From the NCBI GenBank assembly GCA_963667845.2, contig CAXXVL010000002.1, forward strand, positions 2,496,001-2,560,000: a stretch of 64,000 nucleotides of DNA, written 5' to 3'. The notes under the pieces were generated by a model. It had not been told where the DNA came from, made no database searches, and saw only the letters and a program-made list of their open reading frames with translations. This document shows positions 30,173 through 39,878 of the stretch, piece by piece; the stretch's first letter is position 1; each line of letters opens with the position of its first letter. This stretch comes from Smithellaceae bacterium (GTDB taxonomy: Bacteria; Desulfobacterota; Syntrophia; Syntrophales; Smithellaceae). A program made the position numbers and the translations under genes.

Positions 30173-31467
30173 AACGGTGGGTTATCTTTTTACTAATAGT
30201 GTTTTGGCTAATCCCGGCAGACCTGTGCGCCGAGGAGTCATACACCTTTGATCCCGGCGAAACAGAGAAGAAACCCTATCATGTCGGAGGATACATTGAA
30301 TTCAAACCCATTCTCTTCGGACTCGATCGCGATGCCGCCTTTTATAAATTGCGCTTCTTTGACAATCCCCGGGGACGGAATCTGCTCGAAGCCAACGGCA
30401 GAATTCAACTGGAGGGCAGCTATGAGAAGAATATCTTCCGGATTTATGCCAAGACCAACACGGATCTGAAGTCATCATATTCAGGAGAATCGGAAAGATC
30501 AACCTTCTATGAACTTTATGGCTCCGTGAAGCCGTCGGCGAGTCTGAAATTCGATGCGGGTAAGAAAACCATGAAGTGGGGGAAGGGCTATGCCTGGAAT
30601 CCCGCCGCATTTGTTGACAGGCCGAAAGATCCTGACGATCCGGAACAGGCATTGGAGGGATATATCGTTGCGACGGCGGACTATATCAAAAGCTTCGAAG
30701 GGCCGCTAAAAACACTTTCCGTGACGCCCGTTCTCTTTCCCGTTTACGATCATGTGAACGGCGATTTCGGCAATAACTACAAGCTGAACTTTGCGGGCCG
30801 CATTTATTTCCTGTTGTATGACACGGATATCGATTTGATGTTCATGGCCGGCGGCAGCAGGCCGGACCGTTACGGCTTCGATTTTTCGCGCAATATCACG
30901 ACCAATCTGGAAATTCACGGCGAATATGCCTATGCGGCAAACAGTGTGAAAAATGTCATCGACTTAACAGGCATGCCCCGGCAGATCGAGAAAGGGGCGC
31001 ACAGTTTTCTCATCGGTCTGCGTCATTTGACGGCATTCGATCTGACGACGATCATCGAATTTTACCACAACGACGCGGGTTTCAGCGTGGATGAAATGAC
31101 GGGATTTTATGGCCTTATTAATCGCAGCTACGCCGTCTATCAGGCGACGGGCAATGCGGCCGGGCTTGCCCAGGCGCAGCTTCTGGCTGATTCCGGTTAT
31201 GCCCGCGCCAACGCCATGCAGAATTATCTATATGTCCGATTCAGCCAGAAGGAGCCCTTCGACATCCTTTATTTTACGCCGGCGCTCACGGGGATGCTGA
31301 ACACGGATGATAGAAGCTGGTCCGTGACGCCGGAGCTGCTCTATACGGGCATCACCAACTGGGAATTCCGCCTCCGCGCCGGTTTGATAGCCGGCGCAAG
31401 AAATTCAGACTTTGGCGAAAAGCAAAACGACTACCGCATTGAGTTGCGAATCGGCTACTACTTCTAA
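30169..31467 (+). CDS. Putative outer-membrane beta-barrel protein
   Basis: Signal peptide, WGKGYAWNP, C-terminal GYYF. Confidence 0.75.
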   Translation: MKRWVIFLLIVFWLIPADLCAEESYTFDPGETEKKPYHVGGYIEFKPILFGLDRDAAFYKLRFFDNPRGRNLLEANGRIQLEGSYEKNIFRIYAKTNTDLKSSYSGESERSTFYELYGSVKPSASLKFDAGKKTMKWGKGYAWNPAAFVDRPKDPDDPEQALEGYIVATADYIKSFEGPLKTLSVTPVLFPVYDHVNGDFGNNYKLNFAGRIYFLLYDTDIDLMFMAGGSRPDRYGFDFSRNITTNLEIHGEYAYAANSVKNVIDLTGMPRQIEKGAHSFLIGLRHLTAFDLTTIIEFYHNDAGFSVDEMTGFYGLINRSYAVYQATGNAAGLAQAQLLADSGYARANAMQNYLYVRFSQKEPFDILYFTPALTGMLNTDDRSWSVTPELLYTGITNWEFRLRAGLIAGARNSDFGEKQNDYRIELRIGYYF

Positions 31468-31675
31468 ACAGGCCTTCGGATCATCGAAAAATCCTCTGAA
31501 AAAGAATAATCCAACCTTGTTTTTTTTGCAGTCATTTATATATTTGAAAATGAAATAATTCGCCGGCTGGCTGTGTTCAAACTGAGCGATCGCGTCCATC
31601 TTATTGAGAATACTCGCGTACAAGGAGCCGGAGCAAAAGCCGTTCGTGTCTTTTAATAAATCAGCGAGGTGCCAT

Positions 31676-32791
31676 ATGCAGACTAAACAGAATGTCGTTG
31701 AACAACTGCTTTCCGGAAGCGGAGTGCGCATCAACGGAGATCAGCCTTGGGACATCCGGGTGCATGATGAACGGTTTTACGGACGCGTCTTGCAGGACGG
31801 TAGTCTGGGGCTTGGTGAAGCCTACATGGAGGGGTGGTGGGATTGCGGGCGCATCGATGAACTGGTCCGCCGACTTCTCGCGGACAACTTGGCGGAACGG
31901 ATACGGGGGGACCTGCGAGCGGTATTGTTTTACCTGACGGCACGGCTTTTCAACCTGCAGTCGCCGTCGCGAGCCGGTATTATTGCCCGCCGACACTACG
32001 ACCTGGGCAACGATCTGTTCTTTGCTTTCCTGGATCCCCACAATCAATACAGATGCGCGTACTTCAAAGGGACGGAGGATTTAGCTGAGGCGCAGGAAAT
32101 GAAGCTTGACCTTATCTGCCGCAAGCTGGATTTAAAGCCTCAGGATCGTCTTCTGGACATCGGCTGCGGCTGGGGCGGCCTGGCCCGATGGGCCGCCGAG
32201 CGCCATGGATGCGAGGTGACGGCCGTCAATATATCCCGTGAGCAGATTCAATACGCTCGCGACTATTGCCGGAATCTGCCGGTGACAATCCTTGATAAAG
32301 ATTATCGGAAAATCGACGGGACATTTGACAAAATTGTCTCTGTCGGCATGTTTGAACATGTGGGCATGAAGAATTATCGGACGTTCATGGAGGTGGCGGA
32401 GCGCTGCCTGAAAAAAGGAGGGCTTTTCCTTCTCCACACCATCGGCTCCAACGCTTCCAAGGTTAACGGGGACCGCTGGATCAATCGCTATATCTTCCCC
32501 AACGGGATGCTTCCCAGCCTCGACCAGATCAGCAAAGCCGCTCAAGGGCTCTTCGTCATCGAAGACGTCCAAAATCTGGGCACGCACTACCAGAAAACGC
32601 TGCAGTCATGGAACGAGCGGTTTCAGAAGGCCTGGCCCGGTTTGAGCAAGACGTATGACCGGACGTTCAAGCGAATGTGGGAATTCTATCTGATGGCCTG
32701 TGCCGGCGCGTTCGCCGCGAGGCATATCCAGGTCTGGCAGATCGTTATGTCCAATGCCAGAGCGCAATTGCCGCAATGCCGGTTTGCATAG
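31676..32791 (+). CDS. cfa: Cyclopropane fatty acyl phospholipid synthase
   Basis: HYDLGNDLF, LLDIGCGWGG, SVGMFEHVG, RMWEFYL. Confidence 0.93.
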   Translation: MQTKQNVVEQLLSGSGVRINGDQPWDIRVHDERFYGRVLQDGSLGLGEAYMEGWWDCGRIDELVRRLLADNLAERIRGDLRAVLFYLTARLFNLQSPSRAGIIARRHYDLGNDLFFAFLDPHNQYRCAYFKGTEDLAEAQEMKLDLICRKLDLKPQDRLLDIGCGWGGLARWAAERHGCEVTAVNISREQIQYARDYCRNLPVTILDKDYRKIDGTFDKIVSVGMFEHVGMKNYRTFMEVAERCLKKGGLFLLHTIGSNASKVNGDRWINRYIFPNGMLPSLDQISKAAQGLFVIEDVQNLGTHYQKTLQSWNERFQKAWPGLSKTYDRTFKRMWEFYLMACAGAFAARHIQVWQIVMSNARAQLPQCRFA

Positions 32792-32844
32792 CCGGATAAA
32801 GACTCGCGCAAATTCTATTTCGGATACTAGGGAAGGATGGACTC

Positions 32845-33438
32845 ATGAAATCATTCTGGCTGTGCTTTGTTCCGCTTTTTGTGGCCGTGGACGCCATCGG
32901 GCTTTTGCCGCTGTTTATCAATCTGACCGAAGGCATGGGAAAAAAGGTTGTCCGGAAGATCATCCTGCAATCCATGATCACGGCGCTGGCGGTCGCGCTT
33001 GTTTTCATCGCCGTGGGCATGGGAATTTTTCGATTCCTGAATATTTCCGTTGCTGATTTTATGATCGCGGGCGGAACGCTGCTCTTCGGTATTTCCGTTC
33101 GCGATATCCTGACGACGGACAAAAAACTCCTGGAAGTGGACACCGAAAGTGTGGGAGCCGTGCCGATCGGCGTGCCGCTGATTACCGGTCCGGCTGTGCT
33201 GACCACATCGCTTTTACTGATTAATGAACATAGCGCAGTGATCACATCGCTGGCCCTTGCCGCGAATATCCTGATTGCGGGAAGTATGTTTCTTATGGCG
33301 CCGCTCATCTACAGGGTGCTCGGCAAAACGGGCTCAAAAGCCATATCCAAGATCATCAGCCTACTTCTGGCGGCGATCGGTGTCATGATCGTCCGCCGGG
33401 GGATCGCCATCTTCATCACGCAGGGAATTCAGTTTTAA
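32845..33438 (+). CDS. MarC family membrane protein
   Basis: LFVAVDAIG, IAGG.LLF, VPIGVPLITGP. Confidence 0.92.
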   Translation: MKSFWLCFVPLFVAVDAIGLLPLFINLTEGMGKKVVRKIILQSMITALAVALVFIAVGMGIFRFLNISVADFMIAGGTLLFGISVRDILTTDKKLLEVDTESVGAVPIGVPLITGPAVLTTSLLLINEHSAVITSLALAANILIAGSMFLMAPLIYRVLGKTGSKAISKIISLLLAAIGVMIVRRGIAIFITQGIQF

Positions 33439-33489
33439 CGCCATCCCCGGCAAGCATTTGTGATGCTTTGCAGACGTTTACGCCCGGCG

Positions 33490-33511
33490 GCGGCGGAAAG
33501 ATTTCCGCCGC
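33490..33511. terminator. Hairpin between convergent genes
   Basis: GCGGCGGAAA-GA-TTTCCGCCGC. Confidence 0.55.
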
Positions 33512-33579
33512 TGTCAACTTGATGAAATGTGTGGATCCCGCGTTCACCGCGGCATCGTCGACTGAGAGCTAAAACACCG

Positions 33580-33786
33580 CTACGGCAAATATTTGAACGA
33601 CACTCTCAGTTTCACGCGATATTCGACCACTTTACCTTCTTCGACTCTCATGTCCAGTTCCTTGACTTCCGCGACGCGAACTTCTTTGAGGCTTTTGGAC
33701 GCGGTTTCCACCGCCTTTTTCGCTGCGTCTTCCCAGGATTTTTCACTGCCGCCGATGATCTCAATGACCTTATAGATACTGCTCAT
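33580..33786 (-). CDS. Dodecin family protein
   Basis: YKVIEIIG.S.KSWEDA, YRVKLRVSF. Confidence 0.92.
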   Translation of the reverse strand: MSSIYKVIEIIGGSEKSWEDAAKKAVETASKSLKEVRVAEVKELDMRVEEGKVVEYRVKLRVSFKYLP

Positions 33787-34097
33787 GATTCTTCTCCTTT
33801 CTGCCGAACGGTTTTTAGTCCTCTAAACGTTACACACCGGCATTTAAGCCCGGCAACAATAGATATAAACGGACCGCCGCAAAGGATTGGTCCGCAAACG
33901 CAAAGGCGAATGGCGATGGAGAAGCAGCAGCCCATGACAAAAAGAAACGTCAAAATGAATGTCAAAAAGAAAATATTTGAAGAAAGCGGATTAAGCGATT
34001 GTCAACCAGCATTCAGACGGCCGGAGGAAACGACCGCGAAGATCAACGGCAGTTGTATTATAGCTCCATTACGGAGTGCGTCAAGCGAAGAATAGAA

Positions 34098-34123
34098 AGC
34101 GGCTTCCCGATCCGGAAGCCGCT
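34098..34123 (-). terminator. Intrinsic terminator
   Basis: AGCGGCTTCC/GGAAGCCGCT stem, T-rich tail on minus strand. Confidence 0.6.
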
Positions 34124-34219
34124 GATGCTTGTTAAAGCGAGATGGAGAGAAGCCTCTAACCGGAATTGATTAATCTTGTCAAAAGGCTATAAAATTTTAC
34201 CCCGCTTCAAATGCGAAAA

Positions 34220-34468
34220 TCAATGCCCGCAAGATGAGCAGTTCGATGACGAGCAGGACGAACAGCCGGAACTTGACGGCGCGCCGGTCGATACGGAACT
34301 TCCCGAACCCAGGGATCCGTATTTACCTTTACTGACTTTGGAAATCATTTTACTGGTCTTCTTGGATTTGCACTTCGGGCAGACGGCATTAGGCTTTTCA
34401 CTGAGGCTCAGCGTGACCACCTCGAATTGTTTTTTGCATTTATCGCACTGGTACTCATAAATCGGCAT
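34220..34468 (-). CDS. FmdB family zinc-ribbon protein
   Basis: MPIYEYQCDKC...CPKC; tail CSSCSSSNCSSC. Confidence 0.92.
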   Translation of the reverse strand: MPIYEYQCDKCKKQFEVVTLSLSEKPNAVCPKCKSKKTSKMISKVSKGKYGSLGSGSSVSTGAPSSSGCSSCSSSNCSSCGH

Positions 34469-34557
34469 AGCTTTTAATCCTTAGATGTATTTGCCGCAAT
34501 TTATAGATTTAATTGGAAAAAGTCAATAGCCGGGAGGTGTTTCGCTGAAATTGTCCA

Positions 34558-34586
34558 TTGACATACCGGCGCCTTCTTCTTATACT
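34558..34586 (+). promoter_or_regulatory. Sigma-70 promoter
   Basis: TTGACA-17 nt-TATACT. Confidence 0.7.
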
Positions 34587-34644
34587 GCGCCCCATCGAAA
34601 GCATGATTCAAAAGCAAAATCATTTGCTTAAAGGAAAGGATCCC

Positions 34645-35832
34645 ATGACGGTAAAAGATAAGACAAAATCCATTTTTACGAAGTCCATCCATGCGGGGGA
34701 AGATCGGGCGCGCTATGCCGATTCCATCACCACGCCGATCGTCCAGTCCTCGACCTATTCCTTCAAGGACAGCAAGGAAATTGAAGCCTACACCAAGAAC
34801 GACAAAAAACGCTATGAATACGGCAGATACGGAAATCCGACGGAAAAAGTCGCAGAAAGGCGCCTGGCGGAACTCGACGGGGCCGAAGAAGCGCTGATGT
34901 TTTCGTCCGGCATGATGGCCATTACCACGACTATCCTGGCGCTGGTGCAGTCCGGCGACCATATCGTGATTACCGATGACTGTTACGGAAAAACTCTGGA
35001 ATTCTGCCGGTCTTATCTCAAGCGGTTCGGCATCGAATGCACGATTGTGCCTTTCGGCGACTACGAGGCGATGGATGCCTCCATCCGGAAAAAGACGCGT
35101 TTCATTTTTTCGGAGTCTCCGACCAATCCGTACCTCAATGTGTTTGACATGGTCAAATTCAAACAGATCGGCGATAAGCACAAGGTCATTACCATTATCG
35201 ATTCCACCTTTGCCACGCCGTTCAATCAGCGGCCGCTCGATTACGGCATCGACCTGGTGATCCACAGCGCCACAAAATATCTGGCCGGCCACAATGACAT
35301 TCTGGCCGGCGTGCTCCTGGGGAAAAAGGAGCTGGTGAGCAAAGTCCGCGAGCTGCACAAGTCCATGGGCGGTGTGATCGACCCGCATTGCTGCTATCTG
35401 CTCCTGCGCGGGCTCAAAACGTTTCCGCTCAGAATGAGAGCGCAAAATGAGACCGCGCTCAGGATCGCCGAATATCTGGAGGCGCATCCGAAGATTGAAA
35501 GAGCCTATTATCCCTTTCTCCCGAGCCACGCCCATTATCAGATCGCCAAAGAGCAGATGAAAGGCGGAGGCGGCGTTGTCACCTTCACGGTCAAGGGTGA
35601 TCTGGACGCGTCGAAAAGGTTTATGGATTCTCTGGAGATGATCTACATCGCCCCGAGCCTCGGCGGCGTGGAGACATTGATTACGCATCCCGCCACGGTG
35701 ACCTATTACCGGTATACGCGCGAACAGCGCTATGAGCTGGGCATTGTCGATAATCTCTTCCGTCTGGCCGTCGGCATTGAAGATCCGGACGATATCATTG
35801 CCGACCTGGAAAGAGGATTTGCCAACGTTTAA
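34645..35832 (+). CDS. metB: Cystathionine gamma-synthase family PLP enzyme
   Basis: YGRYGNPT, ESPTNP, DSTFATP, HSATKYLAGHND, SLGGVE. Confidence 0.85.
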   Translation: MTVKDKTKSIFTKSIHAGEDRARYADSITTPIVQSSTYSFKDSKEIEAYTKNDKKRYEYGRYGNPTEKVAERRLAELDGAEEALMFSSGMMAITTTILALVQSGDHIVITDDCYGKTLEFCRSYLKRFGIECTIVPFGDYEAMDASIRKKTRFIFSESPTNPYLNVFDMVKFKQIGDKHKVITIIDSTFATPFNQRPLDYGIDLVIHSATKYLAGHNDILAGVLLGKKELVSKVRELHKSMGGVIDPHCCYLLLRGLKTFPLRMRAQNETALRIAEYLEAHPKIERAYYPFLPSHAHYQIAKEQMKGGGGVVTFTVKGDLDASKRFMDSLEMIYIAPSLGGVETLITHPATVTYYRYTREQRYELGIVDNLFRLAVGIEDPDDIIADLERGFANV

Positions 35833-36090
35833 GTTCATGCTCTAACCCGGGCGCAATCTCTGTGAGCGGTCGAAGCCTTAATGCGTGCAATGACCTTCAA
35901 AGTCGTGCATCTTTTGTAAAGTTTCCTGACAGATAAATCGGTTTGGGCGTAAATTTGTGATACGCAACACAGTTAACAGATTCATTCTATGACTATGAAC
36001 AGAAAAGTTCGGCGGACTGTCCGGTTCTAAAACTCTGGAACAAAACCGCGCGTTCATATTACGAATGTTCATACAAAGGAGGATCTGAAA

Positions 36091-36828
36091 ATGAAAAAAG
36101 TGATTTGCGTTCTTTGTCTTTTCTTTTTATTCTTATCTTTTTCCCCTGCCGTTTTTGCTCAGGATAAATCCGAGGGCGCCAAAGCATTTGATAACTATGG
36201 TATCTACCTTGGTCTCGTGGGCGGCGTTTCTATTCCCAGCGAAAATACAGACGCAGTTTTCACGTGGGCAAGCGGAAACCAGCAGATTTTCGACACGAAA
36301 ATGAAATCCGGATTCCTATATGGGTTCAAGGTCGGCTGGCTCACTCCTTTTACCAACAGAATCATGGCCGTGGAACTGGAATATAACCATCTGGAAAATA
36401 AATATGACAGCGCAAGTCTGCGAGGGACAGGCCTTGATGGAGATATGAGCGGGAAAATATCGATCCATCAACTCATGCTCAACCTGCTGGCTAGAAAGCC
36501 ATCGGGCAAATTTCATCCCTATGTTGGTCTTGGGTTAGGCTACGCTGATGTAAAGGTCGATAGCCACGACTTCTCGCTCCCTGCCATTCCATTTCGGTTG
36601 TTGTATTCCGGTGGTTCGGCCGGAGTTTTAGCTTATCAGGTAATGCTGGGCATGGATTTTGACGTCTATAAAGATATTTCTGTCGGTATCGGCTATAAGT
36701 ATATCGCGACCGCTCAGAAAGTTTCATACGAGTCCACACTTTTAACAATTGACCCTCCGCGAAAAGGAACCATGGAAGTGGATTATGGATCGCACAATCT
36801 GCTGTTGAGCGTCGCCTATATGTTTTAA
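36091..36828 (+). CDS. Outer-membrane 8-stranded beta-barrel (porin family)
   Basis: Signal peptide, PYVGLGLG, AYQ..LG, terminal AYMF. Confidence 0.85.
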   Translation: MKKVICVLCLFFLFLSFSPAVFAQDKSEGAKAFDNYGIYLGLVGGVSIPSENTDAVFTWASGNQQIFDTKMKSGFLYGFKVGWLTPFTNRIMAVELEYNHLENKYDSASLRGTGLDGDMSGKISIHQLMLNLLARKPSGKFHPYVGLGLGYADVKVDSHDFSLPAIPFRLLYSGGSAGVLAYQVMLGMDFDVYKDISVGIGYKYIATAQKVSYESTLLTIDPPRKGTMEVDYGSHNLLLSVAYMF

Positions 36829-36849
36829 TTTGTCCGGAAAAGAAGCCAA

Positions 36850-36885
36850 GGTCGGGAGTTTACTTTAAGCTCCCGGCCTCTTTTT
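36850..36885 (+). terminator. Intrinsic terminator
   Basis: GGTCGGGAG...CTCCCGGCC followed by T-run. Confidence 0.7.
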
Positions 36886-36953
36886 ATGCGGAGAGCGCAA
36901 CTCGTGCCTGAGAGGGATCGGCGGGGTGTTAGTCTCTCTTAGAAAAGGGCCCT

Positions 36954-37700
36954 TTATTTCCAGGCCTTCACGATGGCGTAAGGGCAGGTGGGGACTTTGA
37001 GGCATTGGACGTCGCGAAATCCCGCGGCGAGTAATGCGCAAGCGAGCTCCTTTCCCGAAAAACTTTGTCCGAAGACCACATGACGCAATCCCCAGAAGTG
37101 GAGCCAGTCGGGAACGAGTCGCAGCCGGAAGCGTTTTACAAAATTCCGCAGAGCGTCATCCGTTGCTTCTCGGTCGGTTTCCGCAACAATCAGACAGCTG
37201 CCGGGTTTGAGCACGCGATGAATTTCCGTGAGTCCGCGATGAGTGTCCGGCCAGTGCTTGATCGATCCGACGCTTACGGCCGCATCAAACATCCCGGAGG
37301 GAAACTTCAGCTCCATGGCGTTGCCCTGTTCGAATGAACAATTGTCCGTTCCTTTTTCCCGGCGGTATTTTTCCGCTTCGCGGACCTGTCTGCGTGAGTA
37401 ATCGACACCGATCACCTGAGCACAAGGATTTTGAGCGGCAAGAAGCGCAGTCAGGTAGCCTTGCCCGGCCCCGACATCGAGAAACAGAGCCCTGCCTGAA
37501 ATTTTCAGCTCGCGGGCAATGACCTGATTAAGCGGAGTCAGGATGCCGTTGATGCCCCGGTTGTAAAGCGATCCCATGATATCCCACACTTGCCGTGAAT
37601 CCCGGGCGCGGGTCAAAAGTCTGATCCACAGGGAAGGTCCGGGATCTCCATAAGGGACATCGGGAGGGGGCGGCAGACAGGTCATGAAAGAAGTCTCCAA
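36954..37700 (-). CDS. Class I SAM-dependent methyltransferase
   Basis: LDVGAGQG, GVDYS, RVLKPG; start uncertain. Confidence 0.85.
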   Translation of the reverse strand: METSFMTCLPPPPDVPYGDPGPSLWIRLLTRARDSRQVWDIMGSLYNRGINGILTPLNQVIARELKISGRALFLDVGAGQGYLTALLAAQNPCAQVIGVDYSRRQVREAEKYRREKGTDNCSFEQGNAMELKFPSGMFDAAVSVGSIKHWPDTHRGLTEIHRVLKPGSCLIVAETDREATDDALRNFVKRFRLRLVPDWLHFWGLRHVVFGQSFSGKELACALLAAGFRDVQCLKVPTCPYAIVKAWK

Positions 37701-37752
37701 AAGAAATTTGTCCGGGCTTTATCACAAAAAAGAAAACGGGGTCAAGCGGATG

Positions 37753-37910
37753 TCAGGACATCTTGATGGCAATGGCCCCGGCCACAATCATGAAAATGGA
37801 TAAACCGCGTGTAAAGGTGATGCGTTCCTTCATGATCAGGGCGGAAAAAATAGTGCCGAAAAAAATCGAGGTCTCGCGCAGCCCCGCCACGAGGGCCGCC
37901 GGCGCCGGAT
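37753..37910 (-). pseudogene. EamA/DMT transporter C-terminal remnant
   Basis: APAALVAGLRETSIFFGTIFSALIMKE with no upstream transporter sequence. Confidence 0.7.
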
Positions 37911-38198
37911 CATTCCCCTGAAGGCATGACCCGACAGTCGCGCCCTTGGGCGTCCGCCAAAACCCGGCGTTTATTTGACATTTAAATAAGCACTGTGTTA
38001 TTGTAAACATGGTTAGATGTTTTATGTTTTGATAGATAAAAGCAACAATTAAAAATCTCTTATTTCTTCGTTTTGCGTGGGAATATCAGGAGGAGGTGGT
38101 CGACAGATAACCCGCTTTATTCACCGAGTTGACATTGTTTCAGTTGCATATTTGCGATATCCTAAATTTAAATGTAATCAAATGGAGGGAGATGAACA

Positions 38199-39692
38199 AT
38201 GAAAACGATGATCGGGAAAAGAGTTACAGTTCTCATGTGTTGTATGTTTCTTTTCACCTTGATGGCCGTGAGTCCGTCCTTGGCCTCGGCAGCAAAAGCA
38301 AAAAAGATAGACAAAACAGATAAAGCCGCACCCGATGACAGAATAGGTCAGCCAAAGGCAAAGTTTGATTCCAAAATGATGGGAGACATGTCCGATTTCG
38401 ATCCCACAAAATCGGCAATGGCGGGTACCGTTAAAGGGGACACCATCAAGATTGCCTATGTGAATACCTTTTCCGGGCCGGGCGGCGCGAATGGACCCAT
38501 CCATATGATGCCGCTTCAGTTTGCCGCCCATGACATCAACAAGCGCGGGGGGATCTGGGTGGACGGAAAAAAGAGACTGATTGAAATTTTCCAGGCCGAT
38601 CATATGTCCAAACCTGATCAGACCAAGAAAATCTGTGAACGGATGGTTCTCCAGGAGAAAGTTCATTTCCTGGTGGGCACCTCCGGCAGCAACCTGCAGA
38701 AGATCATCAACGAGGTGGGCAACAAATACAAGGTAATCTCCGTGAATGAAGGCTCTCTGGCCGATGAACTCCAGGATGCCACGAATTTCGGGCGTTATTC
38801 TTTCATGCCCTCGCCGACAACTGATCAGATCGGACGCGGAATGGCCTATTTCTATGGTCAAATCCGCAAGAAAGAAAAGAAGTTCTACATCCTGTGTCAG
38901 GACTATTCCTTTGGCCACGGGATGGCGGATTCGTTCAAAGCGGGTCTGAAGGAATATTTTCCGGAGGCCGTGATTGTCGGCGAAGATTATCACAAGCTCT
39001 TCCTCACGGACTTTGCCCCCTATCTGGAAAAGATCAAGGCCTCCGGCGCTGAGGTCATCTACACGGGGGACTGGATTCCCGATGCCGCCAATCTTTTGAA
39101 GCAGGCCCGCCAGATGGGCATAAAGATTCCCTTTGCCAACCTCTTCATGAACGAGCCCAATTTTCTCCATGAAGTGGGCGTGGAAGGGACAAAAGGTCTG
39201 ATGAACATCGATGTCTATGATATGCCCAATGCCTTCAAGGATCATCCCGACTATATAAAATTTTACAAGACATGGAACGATGGCTGGAAGAAGGGATGGC
39301 CGGCGCCTTTCAATACAAGGCTGTATGAACATGGGACCGGCGGCATCGGTTTATACGGGGTAAGCGGCTACTGGCTTTTCAGCGTTATCGAACGGGCAAA
39401 GAGTTTGGACCCCGAAAAGATCATCAAGGTTTGGGAGGGGGACGTCTATCAGTACCCCAACGGCAAAATTGTGAAAATGCGGGCCTGCGACCACAAGACC
39501 ATCCAGCCCTTGAGGGTTGGCGAATACGTAGCGCCGGCGGAACAGAAGATATCCATGATCATTCCCCCTTATTACTGGTTCCAGGGCGCATCGTCGGTGG
39601 GTCCCGCCTGGCTCATTCCGGCCGGCAAGATCCTCCCCCCGATGGACCAGAAGCTGGATCGCTGCAAAGGGAAAAGCGAATGGGGTGAATAA
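38199..39692 (+). CDS. ABC substrate-binding protein, LivJ/K-like
   Basis: Signal peptide, INKRGG, QDYSFG, TDFAPYLEKIKASGAEV. Confidence 0.9.
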   Translation: MKTMIGKRVTVLMCCMFLFTLMAVSPSLASAAKAKKIDKTDKAAPDDRIGQPKAKFDSKMMGDMSDFDPTKSAMAGTVKGDTIKIAYVNTFSGPGGANGPIHMMPLQFAAHDINKRGGIWVDGKKRLIEIFQADHMSKPDQTKKICERMVLQEKVHFLVGTSGSNLQKIINEVGNKYKVISVNEGSLADELQDATNFGRYSFMPSPTTDQIGRGMAYFYGQIRKKEKKFYILCQDYSFGHGMADSFKAGLKEYFPEAVIVGEDYHKLFLTDFAPYLEKIKASGAEVIYTGDWIPDAANLLKQARQMGIKIPFANLFMNEPNFLHEVGVEGTKGLMNIDVYDMPNAFKDHPDYIKFYKTWNDGWKKGWPAPFNTRLYEHGTGGIGLYGVSGYWLFSVIERAKSLDPEKIIKVWEGDVYQYPNGKIVKMRACDHKTIQPLRVGEYVAPAEQKISMIIPPYYWFQGASSVGPAWLIPAGKILPPMDQKLDRCKGKSEWGE

Positions 39693-39878
39693 ACCTCCAA
39701 CATGAACAAGACGAAGGGTCCGGCAGAGTGCCCGACCGGGTTGAGCCCTTCGTCCAATGTACCGGGGAATAAACATGTCCGGTCGGCTTGCATTCGCCTT
39801 GACCGACCGGACATGGATCACCAGGAAATGATGAATTGGCGGAAGAGGGGTTACCACCGCCTGACGGATTAACTATTT

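Noticed and set aside
33783..33965. Cys-rich 60-aa ORF upstream of dodecin
   Set aside because: No clear RBS or family motif; probably promoter/UTR sequence
34469..34644. SAM riboswitch before the metB-like gene
   Set aside because: Promoter leaves only a ~50-nt leader; no S-box consensus seen
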